Positions 21,901-31,490 of a stretch of DNA of 64,000 nucleotides are shown here, piece by piece. Where the stretch lies: contig JAZDKY010000082.1 in the NCBI GenBank assembly GCA_043802525.1, positions 15,389 through 79,388 of the forward strand. Reading direction: 5' to 3'. A model generated the notes under the pieces. It searched no databases and was not told the DNA's origin. It worked only from the letters and a program-made list of their open reading frames with translations. Source of the stretch: a bacterium. GTDB lineage: Bacteria > Verrucomicrobiota > Kiritimatiellia > CAIVKH01. Each line of letters starts with the position of its first letter. Position 1 is the first letter of the stretch. The translations under genes were made by a program, and so were the position numbers.

Positions 21901-23282
21901 GACTTGCCACGTGTACAGAGTATTCTCATTCAGGATCCCCGGATCGTAGGTTGTGGTCGTCTGATTGTCGGACACAAGAACCAGTTGGCCTCCGACCACA
22001 GAGGCTGCCACGCCGGAGACGCGAACAGGGCTGTATCGAGTGGACCTTGTCCCATCCCCCAGTTGACCGTAGCTATTGTACCCCCAGGCCCATACGCTGC
22101 CGTCCGACTTCACCGCCATCGAGTAATTCTCGCCGCAGGCGATGGCCACCACGTCCACCAGGTTCGACACCTGCATGGGCATGTTCGTATTCTTCAGGTT
22201 GCCGAACCCCAACTGCCCGTAGTTGTTGCGGCCCCACGCCCACACCGTTCCATCCGATTTCAGAGCCAGCGAGTGGTAGTAACCGCCCGCCACGCTCACA
22301 GCACTCACCAGGTTCGACACCTGGTACGCTGCGTTCGTGTTCTTGGTCGTTCGATTCCCCAACTGCCCGTAGTTGTTGTATCCCCACGCCCAGACCGTTC
22401 CGTCCGCCTTCACCGCCAGCGAGTGGTAGTAGCCCGCGCCCACGCTCGCGACACCCGTCAGGTTGGAGACCAGTACCGGTACATAGCGGCTCAACACGGT
22501 CTTGTCGCCGAGTTGCCCATAGTTGTTGCGACCCCACGCCCACGCCGTCCCGTCCGACTTCACCGCCAACGAGTGGTACATGCCGCCCGCCACGCTCGCG
22601 ACGCCCGCCAGGTTTGACACCTGCGTCGGCACGTTCGTGTTCGTGGTCCGCCCGTTCCCCAACTGCCCGTAGTAGTTGTATCCCCAGCCCCATACGGTTC
22701 CATTCGCCCTCACCGCCAGCGAGTGGTAGTAGCCGGCGCTCACACTCACGGCATCCACCAGGTTCGACGTGCGCACCGGCTTGGTGCGCGTTGTGGTTGA
22801 GCGGTCGCCCACTTGGCCGTAGTTGTTGCGACCCCAACCCCACACGGTCCCGTCCGCCTTCACCGCCAGGGAGTGCAAATAACCGCCGGCCATCGACACC
22901 ACCGCGGCCCCGTTCGACACCTGAACCGGCAGATACCTGGTCGACGTCGTCCCGTCGCCGAGCTGTCCGTAATTGTTGTATCCCCACGCAGCGGCCTTGT
23001 CGTCGCTCTTCAGCACCATCGAGTGATTGCCACCGGCCGCCAGCGAAACCCGCGGGACCGGGGCGCGCCCAGGTACACATCGTAGGTCACCGTGTCGCCG
23101 GGGGCCGGAGTCACGCCAACCCAGGACAGATTCACGTCCACCGGCTGGTTGGTCGCCCCGTTCGCAGGCGAAGGCGACGACGGCGAATTCGTGAGCGAGA
23201 CCGCGTGTCCGGGCGCGGCAGCGAACAGCAGGATGGAAGAACAACACACTACGAGTCGGCAAACGAGTTGGAACGTACGCAT
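18988..23282 (-). CDS. giant secreted protein (split FN3-like domain, 7 RCC1 blades, cadherin-like Ig x2, beta-helix, LamG, IPT/TIG); reading frame broken near 23060
   Basis: The signal peptide and FN3-like start (MRTFQLVCRLVVCCSSILLFAAAPGHA...GDTVTYDVYLG) are in the frame of ORF 23010..23363, starting at ATG 23282. The rest (VSLAAGGNHSMVLK...) is in the frame of ORF 18988..23262. The repeat WG.NNYGQLG occurs 7 times. Cadherin-like block SNQSVTVTEDVAKAITLTGSDPE..LTYTVV...SFTFRVSDG. LamG-like block HWAFDEGSGT...ALTFDGDDY. C-terminal TIG block VSPVQAPVGAPITIRGANL. Confidence 0.8.
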
Positions 23283-23810
23283 GGAATATTTCCTTTCCGG
23301 GCTATTTCCTCGATGAACACATCCTTGGAGTACACAGTGCACAACTTCCCGCAACAACATCATGAGCGCCTGTGCTATTCAGTGCGTGTTAGATGACACA
23401 TCGCTCATTGACAAAGAAAAGGTCGACGGAACGTTCCTCTTTCTTCCCGGAACACTTCAGCAGGCGCGGAAAATGTTTCAGTTGAGCGCCCGACTGCGGA
23501 GAATAAGGTTGCCGCGAGCGAGCCAGACTGGGATACATCAGCAGAGTCAAAAGGGTTGTCATGTCGGCCGACACGCCGTCGGTGGCCGGCAACAGGCGTT
23601 TCGCTTCCGTGGCATGCTCGATGCCCGGCTCGTTTGACGCACGAGCAGGTCACCCCTGCCACCCTCGCCCCGGGGACACCCGGCAACAACGCCATCCATA
23701 ACCAGAAGTCCATGCCACCCCCACCGTGAAACCCCTGACTGTAACCGCTTACATCACTATCGCCACGTTAGTACGGTGCGCGCCATCGGTCAGGCAAAAG
23801 ATGCAGGGCC
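23283..23810 (-). promoter_or_regulatory. long conserved 5' leader/promoter region of giant gene 2 (paralogous to 31491-32150)
   Basis: Blocks conserved with the second copy, without a conserved reading frame: ggaata.ttcctttc.gggcta.ttcctcgatgaacacatccttgga; gacaaag.aa..gtcgacgga.cg.tcctctttcttccc; cgactgcggagaataaggttgccgcg; tcggccgacacgccgtcgg; acacccggcaacaac; gttagta.gg.gc.cgccatcggtca.gcaaaa. That last block reads TTGCYT-18-TACTAA on the minus strand, a possible promoter at 23768-23797. Confidence 0.5.
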
Positions 23811-23872
23811 GACGCATCTTAACCCTCCCTGTACCCGCCCCGCTCAGCTTGCCGCGCCGAAGCCGGCGAAGG

Positions 23873-24142
23873 CCATGTGCGTCAACCTAAGGCGGAAGCA
23901 GCCCCTTAGGCGCGAGGCCCTACGGATATCCAGGTCCATCTTGCGGTAGGGCGCTTTCGATGAAAGCGCCGCCGTCAAAACGTATTTGGCGGCTTCATCG
24001 AAGCCGCCCTACCTATGAAGGCCCATGGTCATCTCGCTGTTGGACGCTGCATTCTGGCGGCTTCCCGCCACGAGCCAACGCACGTTGCGTTGGCAAAGAT
24101 CGCCATAATACGCCGTATTTCGAGCCGATCATGCTTAGGTTG
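23873..24142. mobile_element. MITE-like 270-bp element with 19-bp perfect terminal inverted repeats
   Basis: ccatgtgcgtcaacctaag (23873-23891) and cttaggttgacgcacatgg (24124-24142) are exact reverse complements. The interior has no credible ORF and contains a gtagggcg...cgccctac palindromic repeat (23947-24015). Confidence 0.4.
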
Positions 24143-24428
24143 ACGCACATGGGCGAGCGGGTCGGGGCGCCTCCAAGAAGCGGCGACAGACCTGCCCGCA
24201 ATGCTACGCGCATAGCATTGCAGGCGTGGGCGCCGCTGCTACAGCAAGACAATACAGCGTGGCGGGCCGATTTAGATGCGTCTGCCCTGCAAAAAGATGT
24301 GGCGGGCCGGGTTGCGCTCAACCATGAGTCTCCAAATCACGAGGGTCGCGCTCCGCCCGCCAACGTGTAGCGCGGCGAAGACTGGTCGCGACCGTTCTTT
24401 TCCGAACTCTTGTTAGAGCCCCGTAGGT

Positions 24429-27400
24429 CTAATAATTGCCGCCGTAGACCCCCATGTCATTCCGGCTCCCGTCCGCGTCGTTGTAGAACGGGTCGGGATG
24501 GCCCGCATCGATGCACGGCGAGTTGGTCTGCAGGCGCAGGTCCAGCACGTCCAGATTCACGAAGAGCGGGTCGCTGGTGATATTGCCCGTTCCCTCCGGC
24601 GTGTTGTAGTTGCCCCAGTAGTAGGGATACTTGTCGTTGTAATCGTACTGCACCGCATCCGATACCGACAGGTTGTAGACGGCGTAGTAGGACGCGGCGA
24701 CGATGTTGTTCGCGAAATACACCTTGCCCGTGTTCACATAGATCGCGCATTGTGGGCCCCACGCGGACACCGGGTTGTAGAATGTGTTGTTCACGATCTG
24801 GATCGCCTGCGTCGCGGCCCCCTGATACCACCACACCCTGATCGCCCCGCCGTAGTTGTAGTCCGATCCGCTGTGGTAGATCGTGTTGTGATCCAGCACC
24901 GTATTTTCGTGCCCGTACCCGGTAACCTCGATCGCGCTAAAGTCGGACACGCATGACTCGATGTAGTTGTTCTTCACCCGGTTTGTGTAGCCCGCGCCGC
25001 TGGTATAGAGCCGGATCGCTGCACCGCTATTCCAAGCGCTGCAACCGATGAAGTCGTTGCTCTCGACCATGCAACTACAGTTGGCCAGACCCAATGCACC
25101 GAGTTGTCCACCCACGATCGATCGGAAGACGTTATCTATGATCCTGACGGTCGTGGCGACGACCCACATGGGCTGGGCCCAGTCGTTCAGGTCGTTCGTG
25201 ATCCCCGTCATCGTATTACGAGTAAACGTGACATCCTTCGAGTTCCTGATGGACACGCCCCTCGTGCCGCCGGTGAACGTGAAGCCCTCTATCCAACAGT
25301 TTTCACTGTTGTCCACGTAGAGCTTCATGCCGGGATAGGTCAGTGTCGCCTGCTCGCTTGCGCCCTTGAGCGTGATGTCGGTCCTGTTCGTCAGGACCAC
25401 GGCCTCGTCATAGATGCCCGCATTGACCATGATCGTGTCGCCCGGCAGGGCAACGTTCACGCCCTCCATGATCGTGTTGTACGGATTGGCCTGCGACCCA
25501 TCCCCGGGGCCCGCATTGGAGTCGTCGACGTAGATCGTCACTGCCGAATTGGTCACCGTGATCGTCACCGTTGCCACGCCACTCGTCGCGAACCCGTCGC
25601 TCGCCAGGAACGTGAAACTGTCGCTACCGTAATAGTTGTTCGACGGCGTGTAAGTCATGTAGGGCGGCGTACCCGAGAGCTCGCCCCGGAGCGGACTGGA
25701 AACGACCGTGAAAGTCAGCGAAGCGCCGTCCGAGGCGCTTGCCGTCAACGTGATAGCCACAGGCGTATCCTCGGCCGTGGTCACGACTTGATCGTACGCC
25801 ACCGGCACGGCGGCCGACGCCTCGTAGGCGCCCATGTCCACGACCCCGCCGATAATCCGGGCGCGGCCATCCAAGTCGACGGCCGCGGCCATCCAGTCCT
25901 GGTTCTCGCCGGCGTTGATACAGGGCGACCCATCCGGCCCTCCGGTCAGACGGTAGTTTTCGTTGCCGGAATCGATAAACAGGGGGTCATTGGTCGTATT
26001 GCCGACCCCCGGCAACGCCACCGCAGCACACGTGTGCGAGTACTCCATCCCGTTGCCCGAGTTCTCGAACTCAACGCCGTCGTTGAAGTAGACGATCGTG
26101 TTTCGCACGCGGCCTCCGCTCATGGAAGAGATTCCGCTGCCGGCGTAGTAAAGTCCGGCCGAGTTATAGGCAATGGTACAGTTCTCCACCGTTCCACCCA
26201 TATCGCACATCACACCACCGCCATAGCCTTCGCACGTGTTGTGCGTGATCAGGCAATTCCGCGCGCATCCGGCGAACTCGAAATATACGCCGCCGCCAGA
26301 GCTTGCCGAGTTGCTGTAGATGATGCAGTTCTGCACGGTTCCGCCGAAGTTGCAGAACACCCCCGCGCCGGCCTGGGCACGTCCGCGCGTGATCGTGAAC
26401 CCGTCCACCACGGCGGCGGCGTTATCGAGGAAAAAGCAGCGCACCGCCTCATTGCCGTCCACGATCGTTACCGCGGGTCCGTTCACGCTGCGGACCGTCA
26501 CGCCGCGGCTGAGCACCGTCTGCGAGGACAGCCCATACGTTCCGTTGGTCACAAGGACCACCGTTCCATTCACGCCGGCATCCGCGGCGGCCTGGATGTT
26601 CGTCGCGGCCATGGCCCAATTCGTGTACGGATACGTGTGTGACCCCGCCTGCGAGACGTAGACCGTCGCGTGGCCCACATTGATGTAGCCGGTCCGTGTC
26701 GCCGTCGCGACCTCTCCACCGGTATTGCTTACGGTGAGCGAGACCGAGTATGAACCCACCGTGGAGTAGATGTTCGTCACCACGCTCAACCCCCAGCCGG
26801 ACAAGTCCACGATCCCATCGTTGTCGAGATCCCATCGGTAATACAGGCTCGGGGGTTGCGCGTTCGTGCCCGCGACAAGGGCGGTGAAAACGGCGGTCAG
26901 CGGAGACACGCCCTCCGCCTTGTCCGCCGAAGGAGCGCACGTCAAAACGTCGGCGTCGAACTCGTAGGCGCCCCTATCCACGACCCCACCGATGATCCGA
27001 TCGCGGCCATCGAGGTCGGGAGCCGACGCCATCCATGCGAGATTCGTGCCCGTATTCATGCATGGCGAGCTGATATCGAGACGATAGTCACCGCCGGCTT
27101 CGTCCAGGAACAATGGGTCGGCGGAAAAGTTGCCCTCGCCGGGAGGGAGCGGATAGGTGTCGCAGTGCGAAAAAACGACATTTCCGTCCACCAGCCAATT
27201 CGGATAGGAAGGTGCCGTGTTCGACCAGACAATCGTGTTACGCACGGTCGTGCCATAGGCGCAAATCCCTCCTCCGCCACGATAGTACCCGTTAAGGTCG
27301 CCGAAGCCTATGTTGCCGACGATCGTGCAGTTCTCCACGACACTGCCCGCGCCGCAAAATACGCCACCGCCCAGACCTTCGCTATAGTGCCCAGTGCCAG

Positions 27401-30400
27401 CTGCCGTGTTTCCCCGCACCAGACAGTTCTGCAATACGCCGTTTCCGGTGAAATAGACCCCACCCCCATAGCTCGGCCCCCAACCCTGCGTATACCGCGC
27501 GAGGTTGTTGGAGGCCATGTTGCTCGCGATAATGCAGTTCCGGATCGTACCCCCCACCACGCTGTATACGCCGCCCCCAAAGCCGTTCGTCGCCAATCCA
27601 TGCGTGATGGTGAACCCATCGACCACCGCGTTCGACCCGCTGAGGTACAGACACCGAACGGCCCCGTTGCCGTCCACGACGGTCTGCTCCGGCCCGTTCA
27701 CGCTTTGAAGCGTGATCGTCTTCGAAATCGTCAGTTGCGCTCCCAGCCGGTAGGTCCCGTTCGTCACCAGCACCACGGCTCCACCCCTCCCGACATCAAT
27801 GGCATTCTGGATGTTCGTGGCCGCCGTCGCCCACGTTGCAAACGGGTAGGTGTGCGAACCTAGCGGCGACACGTAGACGGTCATCTTCGTCGAAACGTAG
27901 TCATCCTTGCGGATCGAGGCGGTTTCACCAGCCGCGTTGGTGACGGATAAGACCACGGAATACAACCCGTCAGGCGCGTAGCCATTCGTAACGACGAGCA
28001 GGTCGTAGCCTTCCCGATCCGTTGTTCCGTCGCCGTCCAGATCCCAGCGACAATACAACCCGGCCATGTTCGTTCCGGCCACATGCGCCGTGAGCCCAAT
28101 ATTCGTCAGGCTCGTGTCGGAAGCGTAAGCGGCGGTGAAATCGCAGACCAGATCACCCGCGACATACTCGTACGCGCCCCGGTCCACAGTCCCGTTCAGG
28201 ATTCGTTCCCGGCCGTCCAAATCGACAGCGCCGGCCATCCAGCCCTGATTCGTGCCGGCGTTCACGCATGAGAACCCATCCATGAGATAGGGCCGGTCGA
28301 TCGACAGGTGGAAATCGCCTGCCGCAAGGTCTACGAAGAGGGGGGCTTCGGCCCGGTTCCCCTCACCCGACAAGAGGGGTGTGGCAGTGCAGTAACTGAA
28401 GCTGCCGACATAATCACGAACATTGGGGTCGGTAACTCCCCCGGATGTGACGTTGTAGAAGATGATCGAGTTGCGTACCTGGCCGCCTTGGGCGTACACC
28501 CCTCCTCCACCTCCGTAGATAGAACCCGTAACGTAGCTCGCGCTGGCGTAGTTGCCGATGATCGTGCAATTCTCGACGATACCGATACTGCCGTATCCGC
28601 ACTCGACGCCCCCGCCGTAGCTCTCGCCATACATCGATGTGGGGTCGGCGACATTGCCGCGGATCAAGCAGCTCCGAAGGATTCCACCGCTTATGTAGAC
28701 TCCGCCACCGCCGCTCCCAATGTAATACTGCGCACAGTGCGCGACATTGCTGACAATGACGCATCGGTCCACCAATCCCTGCGAAAGCAGCACACCGCCG
28801 CCGATTCCCTCGGACGATCGGCCTCGCGTAATCGTGAAGCCTTCGACGACCGCGTTGCTGTGGTTCAGCGAGAAGCAGCGAACGGACTGGTTGCCGTCGA
28901 CGATCGTGGCGGATGGTCCATCGACCCCGCGGACCGCGACACCGTTGGTGATCTCGATCTGGAAAGCAAGGACGTACCGGCCCTGCGCCACCAGAACAAC
29001 GCCCCCGTCCCCGGCCACGGCGATCGCCTCCTGGATCGTGTTGTACGGATGCGCCGGACTGCCGTCTTCGATGCCACTCGTGTTCGCCACATCCACGTAG
29101 AGCGTGGAAGGTCTCGCCTCCACCGTGATCGATACGGTCGCCACGGCGCTGGCCGCCTCACCGTCAGAAACCAGGAAGGCGAAGACGTCGGGACCGGAGT
29201 AGCCGTTCACCGGCATGTACGTCACATTCGGCGCCGTGCCGCTCAACGCGCCGTGCGACGGCTGCACCACAATGTAGTACATCAGCGGATTGTTATCCGC
29301 ATCCGACGCCGTGAGTGTAATCGATTTGGCCGTGTCCTGCAGGGTCGTCACGCTCTGGTTGTTCGCCACCGGTGCATCGTTTACCGCGGTGACCGTTATC
29401 GACACCGTCGCGGAGGCGCTCGCCGTCAAGCCGTCGTTGGCCTGAAACGTAAAACTGTCCGAACCAAAGTAGTTCGCGTTCGGCGTGTACGTCACGTTCG
29501 GCGGCGTACCGCTCAGGACACCATTCGCGGGTGCCGTCATGATCGTGTAGGCCATCGCGTCGGCTTCAATATCCTCGGCCGTCAGCACGATGGCTTTTGC
29601 CGTGTCTTCCGCCGTGGTCACGCTCTGATCGTTCGCCACAGGCGCATCATTCACCGGCGTAACCGTGATCGAAACCGGTGCGACGTTGCCATTGGTCAAG
29701 CCATCGTTGACCCGGAACGTGAAGGTGTCCGAACCAAAGTAGTTCGCGTTCGGCGTGTACGTCACGTTCGGCGGCATACCGCTCAGGACGCCGTTCGCCG
29801 GTTCCGTCATGATCGTGTAGGCCAGCGCGTCGGCGTCAATGTCCGTGGCCGTCAGCACGATGTCTTTTGCCGTGTCTTCCGGCGTGGTCAAGCTCTGGTC
29901 GTTCGCCACAGGCGCATCGTTCACCGGCGCAACCGTGATCGAAACCGTTGCGACGTTGCCGTTGGTCAAGCCGTCGTTGGCCCGGAACGTGAAGCTATCC
30001 GCGCCGTTGTAGTTCGGGTCTGGCATATACGTCACATTCGGCGGCGTGCCGGACAAGGTCCCTTTCGTCGGATTGGTCTCGATGCTGTACGTCAGCGCAT
30101 TGGTTTCGATATCTCGGGCCGTCAGGGTGATGGCCTTCGCAGTGTCTTCCGCTGTAGTTACCGTCTGGTTGCTCGCCACCGGCGGATCGTTCACCGCCGA
30201 CACCGTCATGGTCACGGTGGCTGTGGCGCTGTTGACGATGCCGTCGCTGACGCAGAATTTGAAGGTATCCGTGCCGAAGGTGTTCGCCATAGGCGTGTAG
30301 GTAACGTTCGGCGCCGTTCCGCTCAACGTTCCCTTGGCCGGATTGGCCGTAATCGTGTAGGTCAGCGTATCGCCATCCGGATCGGATGCCATAAGCGCGA

Positions 30401-31490
30401 TCGCCGTGGGCGTGTCTTCCGGCGTCGCGACGCTCTGGTTATCGGCAACCGGTACGCCTGACAGCCAGGATACGGTCGCCGCGCTCACGACGGTGTCGAA
30501 CAGGCGCACCTCATCAATCCGGCCACGGAGCGCGTAGCCCGTGTAGCCCAAAGCGATGCAGAGGTCGTTCGTGCTCTTCGACGGCTGTTGCTTCGCCTTG
30601 GTCGGATAGGTCGCCGAGCTCTTCAGCGAGCCGTTGAGGTAGCAGCGCATGGCGCGCGTCCCCGTGTCGCGGGTAATGGTCACGTGCGCCCAGGCGCCGT
30701 TCGTCAGCGACCCGGCGGGCAGCGCCGTCCAGCTCCAGTAGGAGCCGCTTGATCGAGCGGCCCCGTGGTAGTACGACAGCCCCCGATTGGCCTCGATCGT
30801 CAGAGCGAACTCGCCGCCGTAGTTCTTGTCCAGCGGGTTGAACCGCTGCGCGCCGAGGTTCTCCGGGCGAATCCAGAACGAGATCGTCAGGTCCGACGCC
30901 ATCGAGATGCTGGATTTGTTCGGTATCCGGACATAGTCGTTGATCCCGTCGAAATAACCGCACCGGCCGGCCCGGCCATTGGTCACGGTGTTGGCCCCGT
31001 TGAGGCCGCGGCCGTTCATGTTCCAAGCCGCGCTGTCCTTGACCTCGCCCGCCGTGCCGTTCCACGAAGTCTCGTCCATCTTCCAGTACGCCATCGGCTC
31101 TTCGCTCGCGTCGTCTCGCGTTACCGTGATCGACACCGTCGCCACGTTGCTGTTGGTCTGACCGTCGGCGGCCTGGAATGTAAAGGAGTCCGGACCGCTG
31201 TAGTCGGTGCTCGGCGTGTACGTCACGCTCGGCGGCGTACCGCTCAGGGATCCCTTCGTCGGATTGGAGACGATGCTGTACGTCAGCACCCTGGTCTCCG
31301 AATCCGTGGCCACCAGCGTGATCGCCTTGGGCGTGTTTACCGCCGTGGTCACCGCTTGGTCTCTCGCCACAGGCTGAGTGTTGCCCCGCGGCGATCTTTT
31401 GGACGGGGCCGCGTGTCCGGGCGCAGCGGCGAACAGCACGATGGACGAACAACACACGACGAGTCCGCAAACGCGATGGAACGTACGCAT
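24429..31490 (-). CDS. giant secreted protein (cadherin-like Ig x~7, LamG, four beta-helix modules with PKD-like spacers, terminal NosD-like beta-helix)
   Basis: ATG 31490 gives MRTFHRVCGLVVCCSSIVLFAAAPGHA. Repeated ~95-aa units match VA.DQSVTT.EDTAKAI.LTA.D...D.L.YTI...P..G.LSGT.PNVTYTP...Y.G.DSFTF...DG. LamG block MAYWKMDETSWNG...GYFDGINDYVRIP. Four modules end in DLDGR.RI..G.VD.GAYE. Confidence 0.9.
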   Translation of the reverse strand: MRTFHRVCGLVVCCSSIVLFAAAPGHAAPSKRSPRGNTQPVARDQAVTTAVNTPKAITLVATDSETRVLTYSIVSNPTKGSLSGTPPSVTYTPSTDYSGPDSFTFQAADGQTNSNVATVSITVTRDDASEEPMAYWKMDETSWNGTAGEVKDSAAWNMNGRGLNGANTVTNGRAGRCGYFDGINDYVRIPNKSSISMASDLTISFWIRPENLGAQRFNPLDKNYGGEFALTIEANRGLSYYHGAARSSGSYWSWTALPAGSLTNGAWAHVTITRDTGTRAMRCYLNGSLKSSATYPTKAKQQPSKSTNDLCIALGYTGYALRGRIDEVRLFDTVVSAATVSWLSGVPVADNQSVATPEDTPTAIALMASDPDGDTLTYTITANPAKGTLSGTAPNVTYTPMANTFGTDTFKFCVSDGIVNSATATVTMTVSAVNDPPVASNQTVTTAEDTAKAITLTARDIETNALTYSIETNPTKGTLSGTPPNVTYMPDPNYNGADSFTFRANDGLTNGNVATVSITVAPVNDAPVANDQSLTTPEDTAKDIVLTATDIDADALAYTIMTEPANGVLSGMPPNVTYTPNANYFGSDTFTFRVNDGLTNGNVAPVSITVTPVNDAPVANDQSVTTAEDTAKAIVLTAEDIEADAMAYTIMTAPANGVLSGTPPNVTYTPNANYFGSDSFTFQANDGLTASASATVSITVTAVNDAPVANNQSVTTLQDTAKSITLTASDADNNPLMYYIVVQPSHGALSGTAPNVTYMPVNGYSGPDVFAFLVSDGEAASAVATVSITVEARPSTLYVDVANTSGIEDGSPAHPYNTIQEAIAVAGDGGVVLVAQGRYVLAFQIEITNGVAVRGVDGPSATIVDGNQSVRCFSLNHSNAVVEGFTITRGRSSEGIGGGVLLSQGLVDRCVIVSNVAHCAQYYIGSGGGGVYISGGILRSCLIRGNVADPTSMYGESYGGGVECGYGSIGIVENCTIIGNYASASYVTGSIYGGGGGVYAQGGQVRNSIIFYNVTSGGVTDPNVRDYVGSFSYCTATPLLSGEGNRAEAPLFVDLAAGDFHLSIDRPYLMDGFSCVNAGTNQGWMAGAVDLDGRERILNGTVDRGAYEYVAGDLVCDFTAAYASDTSLTNIGLTAHVAGTNMAGLYCRWDLDGDGTTDREGYDLLVVTNGYAPDGLYSVVLSVTNAAGETASIRKDDYVSTKMTVYVSPLGSHTYPFATWATAATNIQNAIDVGRGGAVVLVTNGTYRLGAQLTISKTITLQSVNGPEQTVVDGNGAVRCLYLSGSNAVVDGFTITHGLATNGFGGGVYSVVGGTIRNCIIASNMASNNLARYTQGWGPSYGGGVYFTGNGVLQNCLVRGNTAAGTGHYSEGLGGGVFCGAGSVVENCTIVGNIGFGDLNGYYRGGGGICAYGTTVRNTIVWSNTAPSYPNWLVDGNVVFSHCDTYPLPPGEGNFSADPLFLDEAGGDYRLDISSPCMNTGTNLAWMASAPDLDGRDRIIGGVVDRGAYEFDADVLTCAPSADKAEGVSPLTAVFTALVAGTNAQPPSLYYRWDLDNDGIVDLSGWGLSVVTNIYSTVGSYSVSLTVSNTGGEVATATRTGYINVGHATVYVSQAGSHTYPYTNWAMAATNIQAAADAGVNGTVVLVTNGTYGLSSQTVLSRGVTVRSVNGPAVTIVDGNEAVRCFFLDNAAAVVDGFTITRGRAQAGAGVFCNFGGTVQNCIIYSNSASSGGGVYFEFAGCARNCLITHNTCEGYGGGVMCDMGGTVENCTIAYNSAGLYYAGSGISSMSGGRVRNTIVYFNDGVEFENSGNGMEYSHTCAAVALPGVGNTTNDPLFIDSGNENYRLTGGPDGSPCINAGENQDWMAAAVDLDGRARIIGGVVDMGAYEASAAVPVAYDQVVTTAEDTPVAITLTASASDGASLTFTVVSSPLRGELSGTPPYMTYTPSNNYYGSDSFTFLASDGFATSGVATVTITVTNSAVTIYVDDSNAGPGDGSQANPYNTIMEGVNVALPGDTIMVNAGIYDEAVVLTNRTDITLKGASEQATLTYPGMKLYVDNSENCWIEGFTFTGGTRGVSIRNSKDVTFTRNTMTGITNDLNDWAQPMWVVATTVRIIDNVFRSIVGGQLGALGLANCSCMVESNDFIGCSAWNSGAAIRLYTSGAGYTNRVKNNYIESCVSDFSAIEVTGYGHENTVLDHNTIYHSGSDYNYGGAIRVWWYQGAATQAIQIVNNTFYNPVSAWGPQCAIYVNTGKVYFANNIVAASYYAVYNLSVSDAVQYDYNDKYPYYWGNYNTPEGTGNITSDPLFVNLDVLDLRLQTNSPCIDAGHPDPFYNDADGSRNDMGVYGGNY

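Noticed and set aside
23040-23080. Programmed -1 ribosomal frameshift in giant gene 2
   Set aside because: There is no X XXY YYZ slippery heptamer and no obvious downstream pseudoknot. A 1-nt indel in the C/G run explains the break more simply. I report it as a frameshift to verify, not as recoding.
21816-23396. 526-aa plus-strand ORF and the 335-aa minus-strand ORF 22073..23080 over the RCC1 region
   Set aside because: These are alternative frames of the RCC1 repeat DNA. Periodic Pro/Arg/Ser-rich sequence mirrors the repeat period; the real frame gives canonical WG.NNYGQLG blades.
23960-24370. 136-aa plus-strand ORF in the gap between giant genes (and 24013..24321 on the minus strand)
   Set aside because: It runs through the MITE-like element and the palindromic gtagggcg and gcaatgctacgcgca repeats. 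The composition is Arg/Pro/Ala-rich, and there is no start context.
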